Sequence record: DRR378314_1742
DNA: 32,212 bases
Strand: one strand, 5' to 3'
The position numbers and the translations under genes are program-made. The notes beneath the pieces were generated by a model, which was given only the letters and a program-made list of their open reading frames with translations, had not been told where the DNA came from and did not search any database. Positions 19,625 to 29,253 of the stretch are shown piece by piece. Every line of letters begins with the position of its first letter. Position 1 is the stretch's first letter.

Positions 19625-20707
19625 ATGGATCGTCGTAAATTTATTAAAGGCGCCGGCGTAGCTGGCGTGGCTGCAACTGCAGCGATTGGAACTCCAGCGA
19701 TTGCGCAAGGACGTGAAAAGCTGACTATGGTGACATCTTGGGGCCGTGGCCTTGCCGGTGTGTTTGATGCCGCGCTGCATGTTGCTGAATCAGTGAACGC
19801 CATGTCTGATGGTACGCTGGAAATCGATGTTAAAGCACAAGGTGAACTGGTTTCCGGGCTGGGTCCAGTTTTCGATGCGGTAACTTCCGGACAGGCTGAC
19901 ATGTATCATGCTGCTGATTACTATTATGTTGGTCAGCATCCTGCATTCGCCTATTTTACTGCCGTGCCATTTGGCATGACACCAACAGAACTTCATAACT
20001 GGTACTACCACGGTGACGGTCACAAGTTCCACCTCGAGCTTGGTGAGGACTTCGGTCTGCATTCATTCCTGGCTGGTAATACCGGCCCACAAGCTGGTGG
20101 CTGGTTCCGCAAAGAGATCAAATCTGCAGCTGACTTCAACGGCCTGAAGTTCCGTATGCCCGGTCTGGGTGGTAAAGCACTTGGTAAATTGGGAGCATCC
20201 GTACAAACGCTTCCAGGTTCTGAGGTTTATCAAGCATTGGCTTCTGGCGCGATTGACGGTACAGAGTGGATTGGTCCTTGGGCCGACGAAAAAGCTGGTT
20301 TCCAGGAAATCACTAAATTCTATTACACATCAGGCTTTCATGAGCCAGGTGCGGGTCTGTCTCTTGCGATCAATGCCGATCGTTTTAACAGCCTTAGCAA
20401 ATCGCATCAGAAAATGCTGGAAGTTGCTTCTGCAGAAACCAACCTTTGGAACCTGCATCAGTATCTAGCAAATAACTCTGAAGCCCTGACACGTCTGCAG
20501 GCAGGCGGTGTTCAAACACTTGAATTCCCAGATGACGTTTGGGATGCCTTTGGCAAGGCATCTACTGAAACTCTTGATGAAAGCATGGATGATCCGTTCT
20601 TCAAGAAAGTACGCGAATCTGTAGAAACCTCTATGAAGAAGTCTGCAGCTTGGGATCAGCTGTCCTCAGTGGCTTACGCTCGTCAGCGGACTCGGGTCCT
20701 CGGGTAA
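19625..20707 (+). CDS. dctP: TRAP transporter solute-binding protein, TakP/FcbT1 type, Tat-exported
   Basis: MDRRKFIK twin-Arg leader; PAIAQ, AVPFGM, GNTGPQAGGWF, KFRMPGLGG, EWIGPWAD and FHEPG; GGGAG SD before ATG 19625. Confidence 0.95.
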   Translation: MDRRKFIKGAGVAGVAATAAIGTPAIAQGREKLTMVTSWGRGLAGVFDAALHVAESVNAMSDGTLEIDVKAQGELVSGLGPVFDAVTSGQADMYHAADYYYVGQHPAFAYFTAVPFGMTPTELHNWYYHGDGHKFHLELGEDFGLHSFLAGNTGPQAGGWFRKEIKSAADFNGLKFRMPGLGGKALGKLGASVQTLPGSEVYQALASGAIDGTEWIGPWADEKAGFQEITKFYYTSGFHEPGAGLSLAINADRFNSLSKSHQKMLEVASAETNLWNLHQYLANNSEALTRLQAGGVQTLEFPDDVWDAFGKASTETLDESMDDPFFKKVRESVETSMKKSAAWDQLSSVAYARQRTRVLG

Positions 20708-20731
20708 TCTGAAAAAGAGTTGATTTAACAA

Positions 20732-20763
20732 GAAACCGGGCTTATAGCCCGGTTTCACGTTTT
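20732..20763 (+). terminator. Stem-loop terminator or attenuating hairpin after dctP
   Basis: GAAACCGGGCT-TAT-AGCCCGGTTTC (11-bp stem) followed by ACGTTTT. Confidence 0.75.
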
Positions 20764-20993
20764 AACTACAGAAAATCCGTGACGGTTTTATAATTAGTGC
20801 AGAGTTTGAGACTAGACGCCAAACAGCGCATAAGCACTCAAATCAAGGTGAAGGTTACAACCAATTTCTGTAATCAACGGCTCTAAAAAAGATCCGGATG
20901 AGCAAAAAAGGTTCACTAGAATGAACCAGCGTTCAGCTCTTCGTCAGTTACAGCACTCTCTTAAACCCGCGGTGGCTACTGGAAAGAACCGCT

Positions 20994-21875
20994 ATGGAAG
21001 CGCTTGGAACTTTTTTACTTAATTTTTTGATGGGGTTCGTAAATCTCCTCATCCTCCCCTGGCATCTATATAACTGGGTCATGCTAGGAACCTTAAAAGA
21101 GAAGATGAATCAGCTGACATATATCGGTATGTCTCATGAATTTTTCTTTGTTGTGATGGCCCTGATCATTGTCCTGATCGTATTTGGTCTGATCAAACGA
21201 GGTTTTTTACAAGGCACCGTTCATGCCCTGGAAATCTTCAATGGCCGTATTGGGCAGTTTGCTGCCTGGTTTGCTCTGCTTATGACACTGCAACAGGTTA
21301 TCATCATTGCTGTTGGTCAGATATTCCGGGGGAATGAAATCCTGATCGCTCCTCTTGGCATAACGATCGTTGGTGAAGAGCTTCAGTGGCTTTCCGGTCA
21401 ATTGAAATTCTACAATACCATTCTGATCGCAATGGCCTCTGCCTACACCTTTATCGAGGGTGGCCATGTGCGGGTCGACCTTGTTTATGCTGCCTGTAAA
21501 ACCAGGACCAAGCAATGGATCGATTTTGTCGGCACCCTGATCTTCTTTATTCCATCTACTGTCCTTCTTTGGTGGTTTTCTTGGCCCATTGCCATGAACG
21601 CGATGTTTGCGCAAAAACCAATGAATGTCTGGAGCGACTCTACCCGCTGGCGGAACTTCCGGTTTGAAACATCCGGTACAGCGGAATTCAGCTGGGTCTG
21701 GGCATTCAAATTCTTTGTCCTTGTATTCGCCGGCTTGATGTTTATTTGCGCCGTTGGTTTCCTACTTCGCAACATTCTAGCCTTGCTGGAAAAGAACAAA
21801 GATATCCCAACACATTACACTATTGATGAGGTGCACGGAGACATGGGCTCCAATACACCTGCACATCCGCTTTAA
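20994..21875 (+). CDS. dctQ: TRAP transporter small permease with N-terminal extension
   Basis: NGRIGQFAAW, ELQW, AYTFIEGGHVRVDLVY and IDFVGTLIFFIP; lies between dctP and dctM. Confidence 0.92.
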   Translation: MEALGTFLLNFLMGFVNLLILPWHLYNWVMLGTLKEKMNQLTYIGMSHEFFFVVMALIIVLIVFGLIKRGFLQGTVHALEIFNGRIGQFAAWFALLMTLQQVIIIAVGQIFRGNEILIAPLGITIVGEELQWLSGQLKFYNTILIAMASAYTFIEGGHVRVDLVYAACKTRTKQWIDFVGTLIFFIPSTVLLWWFSWPIAMNAMFAQKPMNVWSDSTRWRNFRFETSGTAEFSWVWAFKFFVLVFAGLMFICAVGFLLRNILALLEKNKDIPTHYTIDEVHGDMGSNTPAHPL

Positions 21876-21897
21876 TCGGTTACGGAGAGTATAACCC

Positions 21898-24000
21898 ATG
21901 TTTTTAGGTCTTAACGGCGTTGAAATCTCGCTGATTATTGTTGCTATCTCACTTTTTGGGGGCATTTTGTCCGGCTATCCGGTGGCTTTTGCCATTTCCG
22001 GTTCGGCCTTTGTCAGCTTTGCCGTCATTGCAATCTTAAACGAAGCTGGTCTTCTTTATACCCTACAAGAATATAATGGATCACTTGAAAAAGTCCCCGT
22101 ATTTGAGCGAGGTTGGGAACAGGCCGTTCTTGCGACGGAATCGACGTGGGCTCAAGGGGTCTTCTCTCGAGCCTTTGGTGGCAATGTGGAAACACTGCTG
22201 GCAGTTCCGCTGTTTGTTCTAATGGGAATTGCCTTGGAACGCTCCAACATTGCTGAGGATTTGCTCACAACCATGGCCAAGCTTTTCGGCTCCATGCCAG
22301 GTGGTCTTGCAATCGCGGTTGTTTTAGTTGGTACCCTTTTAGCTGCCTCTACCGGTGTGGTTGGTGCAACTGTGGTCACAATGGGCCTGATCGCCCTGCC
22401 AACCATGCTCAGAAATGGCTATTCCAAGTCTCTGTCGACGGGTGTCATTGCAACCTCCGGCACCCTGGGTCAGATCATACCGCCTTCCATTGTAATTGTT
22501 CTGCTGGGATCGATCGTTGGTGATATGTATGCCATTGGTCAGGAAACACGCGCGGATAAGCTGGGAATGACTGTGTTGGAAATGCTGGGTGAGCCCGCAG
22601 TTCTCTCAACAGGTACTCTTTTTAAAGCTGCGTTCATTCCAGGCGTCATGCTGGCATCTCTCTATGCATTTTATGCTTTGGGATACGCCTTGCTGAACCG
22701 GGACAAAGCGCCACCAGTCAACCTAACCGGCGCCGACAGTTATGGATTGCTTTCATACTATAAAAACAATCCTTGGCTCGTGCTTGGGGCTGCATTTGGC
22801 CCTGGCCTGGTGTTGGTGCTGTTATGGATCCTGTTCGCTTCAACTGGTGTAATTGGCGATGTCACCGTTGATGATGTCACCACCTACGGCGTCCTCTCTG
22901 GAGGGACCTATGCACTTGTCGTCCTTTCAGGTTTTCTTTTAACCTTTGCAATGGCCGTCCGGCCAAGTTATTCCCTGACACCGCTGGTTGTCGGACTGAT
23001 CGGTACATTACTGGTTGTCTTGATTGATTGGCAGTTCGTTGCAGGGGATGCTAGTGGCGGTGCGAAAACCCTGTCCTACTTCATTCCAGTGGCGATGATG
23101 GTGTATGGCCTGAAACATGCCATAGTTCGGGTTGTAGAGATCGAGGTAATCCGGGTTGTCTCTCCACCGGTTATTCTGATTGTGGCCGTTCTGGGCTCCA
23201 TCCTCGGTGGTGTTACCAATCCAACAGCGGCGGCAGCTCTTGGTGCAGCCGGCGCCATCATGTTAGCCGCGAACCGGCGTTTGAAGGACCAGAACCAATC
23301 CAGTAAGATTATCATCTGGGCGTCACTTGGCATTATCGTCATGCTGCTTACCCGAGGGAATTTTGATCTTCGCATGACGATGGAAGATACCTCTTTCGAT
23401 GACAAGATTGCGATTTTCGTTACCCTCGTCGCCTTTCATGTGGCTTTCTTTGGGCTCCTTTACTCTTGCTGGATCCTGTTCCGGGAAAAGGTCATGTCTC
23501 AGGTTGTTCGCGAAACCACGAAGGTGACTTCGATGGTTTTCGTAATCCTGATCTCATCCCTCTTCCTCAGCCTGACCATTAGGGCGTTCGGCGGGGAGCA
23601 TTATATTCAGGAATTCCTACATTCCTTTGAAGATCCAAGAACGCTTTTGATCGTGGTAATGATTGTGTTGTTCTTGCTGGGTTTTGTTCTCGACTTCATC
23701 GAGATCATTTTCATCGTTATTCCAATCGTCGGACCGGTGATTTATGCGGCAGACCCAAGTTTAATGCCACCAACCTGGATAACGATCCTGATTGCGGTCA
23801 ACCTGCAGACATCGTTTATCACGCCGCCTTTCGGTTTCGCATTATTCTATCTTCGCGGCGTTGCACCGCCTGAAGTGACAACAATGGATATTTATCGCGG
23901 TGTTATTCCCTTTGTCATTATTCAGGTTATTGGCCTGTTGATCCTCTGGAATTTTCCGACGATCACCACCTTCCTACCTGACCTTCTACCCGCGAATTAG
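21898..24000 (+). CDS. dctM: TRAP transporter large permease with internal insertions (700 aa)
   Basis: GYPVAFA, LLAVPLFVLMG, AASTGVVGATV, SGTLGQIIPPS, LGFVLDFIEI and NLQTSFITPPFGFALFYLRG. Confidence 0.95.
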   Translation: MFLGLNGVEISLIIVAISLFGGILSGYPVAFAISGSAFVSFAVIAILNEAGLLYTLQEYNGSLEKVPVFERGWEQAVLATESTWAQGVFSRAFGGNVETLLAVPLFVLMGIALERSNIAEDLLTTMAKLFGSMPGGLAIAVVLVGTLLAASTGVVGATVVTMGLIALPTMLRNGYSKSLSTGVIATSGTLGQIIPPSIVIVLLGSIVGDMYAIGQETRADKLGMTVLEMLGEPAVLSTGTLFKAAFIPGVMLASLYAFYALGYALLNRDKAPPVNLTGADSYGLLSYYKNNPWLVLGAAFGPGLVLVLLWILFASTGVIGDVTVDDVTTYGVLSGGTYALVVLSGFLLTFAMAVRPSYSLTPLVVGLIGTLLVVLIDWQFVAGDASGGAKTLSYFIPVAMMVYGLKHAIVRVVEIEVIRVVSPPVILIVAVLGSILGGVTNPTAAAALGAAGAIMLAANRRLKDQNQSSKIIIWASLGIIVMLLTRGNFDLRMTMEDTSFDDKIAIFVTLVAFHVAFFGLLYSCWILFREKVMSQVVRETTKVTSMVFVILISSLFLSLTIRAFGGEHYIQEFLHSFEDPRTLLIVVMIVLFLLGFVLDFIEIIFIVIPIVGPVIYAADPSLMPPTWITILIAVNLQTSFITPPFGFALFYLRGVAPPEVTTMDIYRGVIPFVIIQVIGLLILWNFPTITTFLPDLLPAN

Positions 24001-24017
24001 CGGGAGATAAGCACACC

Positions 24018-24054
24018 AAAAAAGCCGCCAGATTTACAACTGGCGGCTTTTTTT
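24018..24054. terminator. Bidirectional rho-independent terminator
   Basis: AAAAAAGCCGCCAG-ATTTACAA-CTGGCGGCTTTTTTT between convergent dctM and the CoA ligase. Confidence 0.9.
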
Positions 24055-24085
24055 ATGACCTGTCGGCGCTGCAATGGCACAGCAA

Positions 24086-25702
24086 TCAAGCGGTCCGGCT
24101 TTTCTTCTTCAGGGAACAAAAATCATAAACCCCTTCAGATTTAAGCGGATCTGTATCCGGCCCAAATATCTGGTTTTTCTGAATTTTCTGGGTCCCTGTT
24201 GTGGGTAATGCTGGTAAAAATAGAAGCCATCCAGGGGGTTTAAAATAGGCCAGACGATCAAAGGCGAAATCAAACAGCTCCCGGGCAAGCTCATCACTGC
24301 CTTCTGTCCCCTCCATTGGGACAATACAGGCCATCACTTCTTCTTCACGCATCGGATCAGGAACTGCGATCACAGCAACCTTGGCGACCGCTGGATGACT
24401 TTGTAAAATTGCTTCCACCTCGGCAGCAGCAATATTCTCGCCGGATCTTCGAATGATATTTTTTTTCCGGTCGACGAAATACAGCATCCCACTGTCATCC
24501 TGGGTTACCGTATCGCCAGTATGAAACCATCCACCTTTCCAGACCTCTTCGGTCGCTTCCTCATTTTTCAGATAGCCTGCAAAGAACCCTTTTCGTGGAT
24601 TATCACCGGCAAAACGAACAAGGAGTTCCCCCGGTTCGCCCCGCGGAACCTCATTTCCCGCTTCATCTGCAACTTTAGCTTCCAACCCACCATAAGGACG
24701 GCCAAACGCACGTGTATCGATATGTCGTGGCTCTTCCCGCACGCCATAAATTCGGCCTGTCTCGGTCATTCCCCAAACTTCCAGAAGTGCAAAGCCATAT
24801 CGCTCTTCAAATACAGCATGCAATTCCGGTTCGACACCTGCACCGATACCAAAACGCACGGAATGGGTTCTCTCCAACTCATTTACAGGCTGGTTCAGCA
24901 ACATCGGCGGCACCACCCCAAGATAATGGATGATCGTCGCTTTTGTATCATTCACCTCCTGCCACCAGCTTTTGGGGTGAAAGCGATCCGGAATGATGAG
25001 ACACCCTCCGGTCAGCAACATACACCCGAGCGATACACAAGCAGCATTCATATGGAAAAGCGGCAGCGGATTATAAAGCCGTTCCTGCCCTTTTCGAATA
25101 TCCACCAAGCCGCCCATATCCGCATACCACTGGCCGGATGTGAGATGATAGTCGTTGGTCAGAATGCACCCTTTCGGACGCCCCGTTGTTCCGGATGTGT
25201 ATAGCAGGCTCGCTTCAGTTTCCAAGCAGGGACGCCCGGCGCTACTTTTATGGATCGCCCCTGGCAAACAGTCCAGAAAGTCAGTGTCCGTTACAAGCGC
25301 TAATGGCGTCTCGCGATCATTGGCAACCGCCAGTATGTCTTCATAGCGGCTCTCGATCGTGACGACTAGAATAGCCTCGGAATGATCCATCTGATAGAGA
25401 GTTTCGTCATGACGATAATCTGGATTAATGGGAACGGCTGACGCCCCGATGGCATTCAAGGCCAGCAGATGAAATACATAATGCGGTCGATTTTCCAATA
25501 AGAAGCCAACTCTGTGGCCGTAACCATAGCCGGCGTCCAGGTAGGCCGACCGCAAATCCTCAACCGCATCGGCAGCCTGCTGATAGGTAAATTCAGCGCC
25601 ATCCTCAAAATAGGAACGACCTTGAAGCGGGGGAACACAAAGAAATTCATTATTCGGATAAGTTGTGACGGTTCGCAAAAAGGCTTCGTATAATGTATCC
25701 AT
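24086..25702 (-). CDS. AMP-binding acyl-CoA ligase, CaiC (crotonobetaine/carnitine-CoA ligase)-like
   Basis: LYTSGTTGRPKG, PLPLFHMNA, WGMTET, WFHTGD, FVDRKKNIIRRSGENI and LPTTGTQKIQK. Confidence 0.92.
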   Translation of the reverse strand: MDTLYEAFLRTVTTYPNNEFLCVPPLQGRSYFEDGAEFTYQQAADAVEDLRSAYLDAGYGYGHRVGFLLENRPHYVFHLLALNAIGASAVPINPDYRHDETLYQMDHSEAILVVTIESRYEDILAVANDRETPLALVTDTDFLDCLPGAIHKSSAGRPCLETEASLLYTSGTTGRPKGCILTNDYHLTSGQWYADMGGLVDIRKGQERLYNPLPLFHMNAACVSLGCMLLTGGCLIIPDRFHPKSWWQEVNDTKATIIHYLGVVPPMLLNQPVNELERTHSVRFGIGAGVEPELHAVFEERYGFALLEVWGMTETGRIYGVREEPRHIDTRAFGRPYGGLEAKVADEAGNEVPRGEPGELLVRFAGDNPRKGFFAGYLKNEEATEEVWKGGWFHTGDTVTQDDSGMLYFVDRKKNIIRRSGENIAAAEVEAILQSHPAVAKVAVIAVPDPMREEEVMACIVPMEGTEGSDELARELFDFAFDRLAYFKPPGWLLFLPALPTTGTQKIQKNQIFGPDTDPLKSEGVYDFCSLKKKSRTA

Positions 25703-25718
25703 TCCCTACCCCGGTTAC

Positions 25719-27971
25719 TTAACTGAATTTATTGTTTCGATTAAACCCACGCGGTGCCAAGCGGCCGGCATTGCCCCGGCGTGTAAACCAACCTGTCAAT
25801 TCGGTTTCCGTCCGCGTGCGATCACCGGATTTCCAGGTCAGCCCATCCGCCCTGTTAAAAGTCTTGATGTCGGACAGGCCGCCGTCCTTATAGCGCTGCA
25901 ATGTCACGCCACGACCGCGCGTCATTTCAGAAACTTCCTCACTCGCGAAACAGTTGAGTTTTCGGTTATCGCCGATGACGGCAACCGAATCCCCCTGCAT
26001 TTCAATACAATAGGCCGCCTCCACATCACCGGAGACATTCAAGGTCTGCTTGCCATTCCGGGTTTGCGCGATGACCCCATTTTCATCGACAATAAACCCG
26101 CGACCATCGGTGGAGGCAATCAACAGCTTGCGTCCCGGTTTGTGAACAAACAACGCCACAATATCCTGATCATTCCCAAGATCGATCATCAGGCGAACCG
26201 GCTCTCCATGCCCCCGTCCGCGCGGCAGCTTGTCGGCACCCAGCGTATAAAAACGGCCATTAGTGGCAAACAGGATCAGCTTGTCCGTTGTTTCAGCGGG
26301 AAGCCAGATTTTGCCTTTGTCGCCATCCTTGTATTTCTCTTCACCTGTTTCAGCCACGTGACCTTTTAACGCGCGGATCCAGCCTTTATCGGAACAGATC
26401 ACGGTGATCGGCTCTTTTTCAATCATCGCTTCCAAAGGAACATCTGGCAATTCCTGGGCTTCACCAATGACAGTCCGCCGGTTTGCGACCTCAGGAACCC
26501 CTTTAAGAATTTTCTTTAACTCTTTAAGTTCATTAGAGATCGCTTGTTTTTGCAGATCCTCACTACCGAGAAGCGCCTCGATATCGGATTTTTCTTCAGA
26601 CAGTTTATCATGCTCAGTTCTAAGCTCCATCTCCTCCAGTTTACGAAGAGAACGAAGGCGCATATTCAAGATTGCTTCAGCCTGAACATCGGTCAGCTTA
26701 AAGGTGTTAATCAGTTCTTGTTTTGGATGATCTTCTTCGCGAATGATCCGAATGACCTCATCCAGATTAAGGAAAACAATCAGATAGCCTTCCAGAACTT
26801 CCAGGCGGTTTTTGATTTTTTCCAACCGGAAACGGGACCGTCTTCTCAGGACTTCAAACCGATGCGTCAGGAATGATTCCAGAACCTCCTGCAAACTCAT
26901 AACCCGTGGGGTCTGAGTGGCATCCAGTACGTTCAGGTTCAGAGAAAAGCGGCTTTCCAGATCCGTTAGCCGGAACAGGCCCTGCATCAAGATTTCGGGT
27001 TCGACATTCTTACTGCGCGGCTCCAGCACCAAACGAATATCTTCAGCGGATTCGTCGCGAACATCGGATAGCAGGGGTAATTTTTTTGACTGGATCAGTT
27101 CGGCAATCCGTTCGATCAGCTTGCCTTTTTGAACCATATAGGGAATTTCAGTGACCACAATCTGGTAGGTCCCACGCGCACCCTGCTCCACTTCCCATTT
27201 CGCCCGCATGCGAAATCCACCACGGCCGGTCAGATAGGCTTCCCGCACGTTTTCTGGCTTTTCAACCAATTCACCGCCCGTTGGAAAGTCGGGTCCAGGA
27301 ATAAACTGCAATAATTTCTCAATGCGATCTTTTTTCGGCACCTCAGGATCTTCGGTATAAAATTTCACCAGATACTGTAAGGCATCACAGAGTTCGGTTG
27401 CATTATGCGGCGGAACGGAAGTCGCCATCCCCACAGCAATACCAGAGGATCCGTTTGCCAGCAGATTTGGAAATGCGGAAGGTAAAACAACAGGCTCTTT
27501 ATCCTCGCCGTCATATGTGGACCGGAAATCAACCGTATCTTGATCCAGATCCCGCAACAGCAATTCTGCAAAGATCGTCATGCGGCTTTCGGTGTACCGC
27601 ATGGCTGCGGCGTTATCACCGTCAATATTGCCAAAGTTACCTTGCCCATCAACGAGCGGATAACGCTGCGCAAAATCCTGTGCCAATCGAACCAGTGCGT
27701 CATAAACAGAGGTGTCACCATGGGGGTGATATTTACCGATAACGTCACCCACAACCCGTGCGCATTTCTTGTAGCCAGATCCAGGATCCAGACGCAACAA
27801 ACGCATGGCATATAAAAGACGGCGATGAACCGGCTTCAGGCCATCACGCACATCTGGCAGTGACCGGGACATAATAGTAGACATGGCATAGGCAAGATAT
27901 CGCTCACTTATGGCGTCCTTCAGTGATGTTTTGCGACTATCACCGGAATTCATCGTAGACTGTTCACTCAT
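25719..27971 (-). CDS. parC: DNA topoisomerase IV subunit A
   Basis: [32 protein letters not shown] (catalytic Tyr), [10 protein letters not shown] and a short CTD with [14 protein letters not shown]. Confidence 0.97.
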   Translation of the reverse strand: MSEQSTMNSGDSRKTSLKDAISERYLAYAMSTIMSRSLPDVRDGLKPVHRRLLYAMRLLRLDPGSGYKKCARVVGDVIGKYHPHGDTSVYDALVRLAQDFAQRYPLVDGQGNFGNIDGDNAAAMRYTESRMTIFAELLLRDLDQDTVDFRSTYDGEDKEPVVLPSAFPNLLANGSSGIAVGMATSVPPHNATELCDALQYLVKFYTEDPEVPKKDRIEKLLQFIPGPDFPTGGELVEKPENVREAYLTGRGGFRMRAKWEVEQGARGTYQIVVTEIPYMVQKGKLIERIAELIQSKKLPLLSDVRDESAEDIRLVLEPRSKNVEPEILMQGLFRLTDLESRFSLNLNVLDATQTPRVMSLQEVLESFLTHRFEVLRRRSRFRLEKIKNRLEVLEGYLIVFLNLDEVIRIIREEDHPKQELINTFKLTDVQAEAILNMRLRSLRKLEEMELRTEHDKLSEEKSDIEALLGSEDLQKQAISNELKELKKILKGVPEVANRRTVIGEAQELPDVPLEAMIEKEPITVICSDKGWIRALKGHVAETGEEKYKDGDKGKIWLPAETTDKLILFATNGRFYTLGADKLPRGRGHGEPVRLMIDLGNDQDIVALFVHKPGRKLLIASTDGRGFIVDENGVIAQTRNGKQTLNVSGDVEAAYCIEMQGDSVAVIGDNRKLNCFASEEVSEMTRGRGVTLQRYKDGGLSDIKTFNRADGLTWKSGDRTRTETELTGWFTRRGNAGRLAPRGFNRNNKFS

Positions 27972-28047
27972 TCTTTTTTATACCACCGCCAGGTCAGATG
28001 AGACCACTGAAATTGCGCTTCCTATGGAACATTTTTCTGGAAATTTT

Positions 28048-28797
28048 TCAAGTTCGCTTCGTATATTTCTGAAGCAAAGCGATGAAGCGCTCTCTGGCAG
28101 GGACAGTCTGGGTCCGCAACTGAGAAAGGACCGCTTTATTCAGAAAATAACCGGTTAAATCCAGACCCTGAAGAATTTCAGGTGAATGAATATCCTTTTC
28201 CCAGTCAGTTTTGCCCGTCTTCATAAAGGATGGGAGGGGAATCAATTTTTCGATATATGGGCCTGCAGCTTCAAGGGAAACTGCCCGACCTGACTTGGGA
28301 GACACAAATACGAGATTATCCTGACTGTCTGTCACTGCACATTTCTGCAAATCCAAGCCATACCCCAGCTCTTTAAGTAATCCCAGCTCCCACATGACCA
28401 GCATCGGTCCCCAATAAGGTAGATCCTCATCCATACTTTCCATCAACACGAGAGAGGCATCGTAAACCTGAGGATGAGACTCGCGCTCCGGCAAGGCGAC
28501 TTCCAACAGCCCTAGAACAGACGTGACAGCGGCTAAATTTAAGGGCCGATCGAAAAGGAAGGTAGATCGGGACGCTTTAGCCTCCACATTGAAATTTCCC
28601 AAATGCTCGCTCAAACGGCCGCTCCAGCGCAGCCCGACCTCGTTTCCCGGTTGCAATATTCCGCGCAGTCGCTTGCCGGTGCCCCCCCTGACCATACCTG
28701 AATGACGTCCATGTTCGCGTGTCAACGCCTGTACAACAACACTATTTTCTCCGTATTTCCGGGCGGAAAGTATTATACCGTCATCAGTCCAGTGCAT
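28048..28797 (-). CDS. recO: DNA repair protein RecO
   Basis: MHWTDDGIILSARKYGE, TREHGRH, LQPGNEV, WSGRLSEHLG, LGYGLDL..CAVT and VSPKSGRAVS. Start set to ATG 28797. Confidence 0.96.
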   Translation of the reverse strand: MHWTDDGIILSARKYGENSVVVQALTREHGRHSGMVRGGTGKRLRGILQPGNEVGLRWSGRLSEHLGNFNVEAKASRSTFLFDRPLNLAAVTSVLGLLEVALPERESHPQVYDASLVLMESMDEDLPYWGPMLVMWELGLLKELGYGLDLQKCAVTDSQDNLVFVSPKSGRAVSLEAAGPYIEKLIPLPSFMKTGKTDWEKDIHSPEILQGLDLTGYFLNKAVLSQLRTQTVPARERFIALLQKYTKRT

Positions 28798-28899
28798 CGC
28801 AATCCCATTCAAATACCCTGCGGCCCAGTATATCCGGGCAAGACCCCTCACATCAATCGGCAGTTCATCGTCATATAGGAAAAACCACGTGAGGGACGA

Positions 28900-29220
28900 A
28901 TGCCGCTTGATGTCGAGATTGCTATGATAAATACCATTGAAGATCAGGATCTACAGTATTCTGATTTGAATGAGCAGGATATAATCTCTTGGTTGACCCC
29001 GCCACCCGACAAACTGCAACCATATCAATATTTCAGATGCGCCTGTAGCGGGCCCTCATCTGGATATCAGATCGCCTTGAAATATGGCGGACTGATTTGC
29101 CGGATTGATGTAACTTCCTGGGGCATTCAGTTTCGCAAATCAACGCCAACCCAAAATGATATTGAACTGATCCAAATCAAAGAAAAAGCCCCCTATAAAT
29201 TGGAACTTTTTCTAATCTAA
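28900..29220 (+). CDS. Hypothetical protein (106 aa)
   Basis: Fills the gap between recO and the MCP; GAGGGA SD before the ATG; no recognisable motif. Confidence 0.55.
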   Translation: MPLDVEIAMINTIEDQDLQYSDLNEQDIISWLTPPPDKLQPYQYFRCACSGPSSGYQIALKYGGLICRIDVTSWGIQFRKSTPTQNDIELIQIKEKAPYKLELFLI

Positions 29221-29253
29221 AGGTCAAATTCTGACGAGAGATTTCAATCCAAA

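Noticed and set aside
20831..20860. TAAGCACTC as a CIRCE element
   Set aside because: Only an imperfect left arm is present; there is no GAGTGCTAA after 9 nt.
27700..27735. Par[15 protein letters not shown] as a quinolone-resistance allele
   Set aside because: This position varies naturally among alphaproteobacterial ParC proteins and Thr is conservative, so there is no basis for a resistance call.
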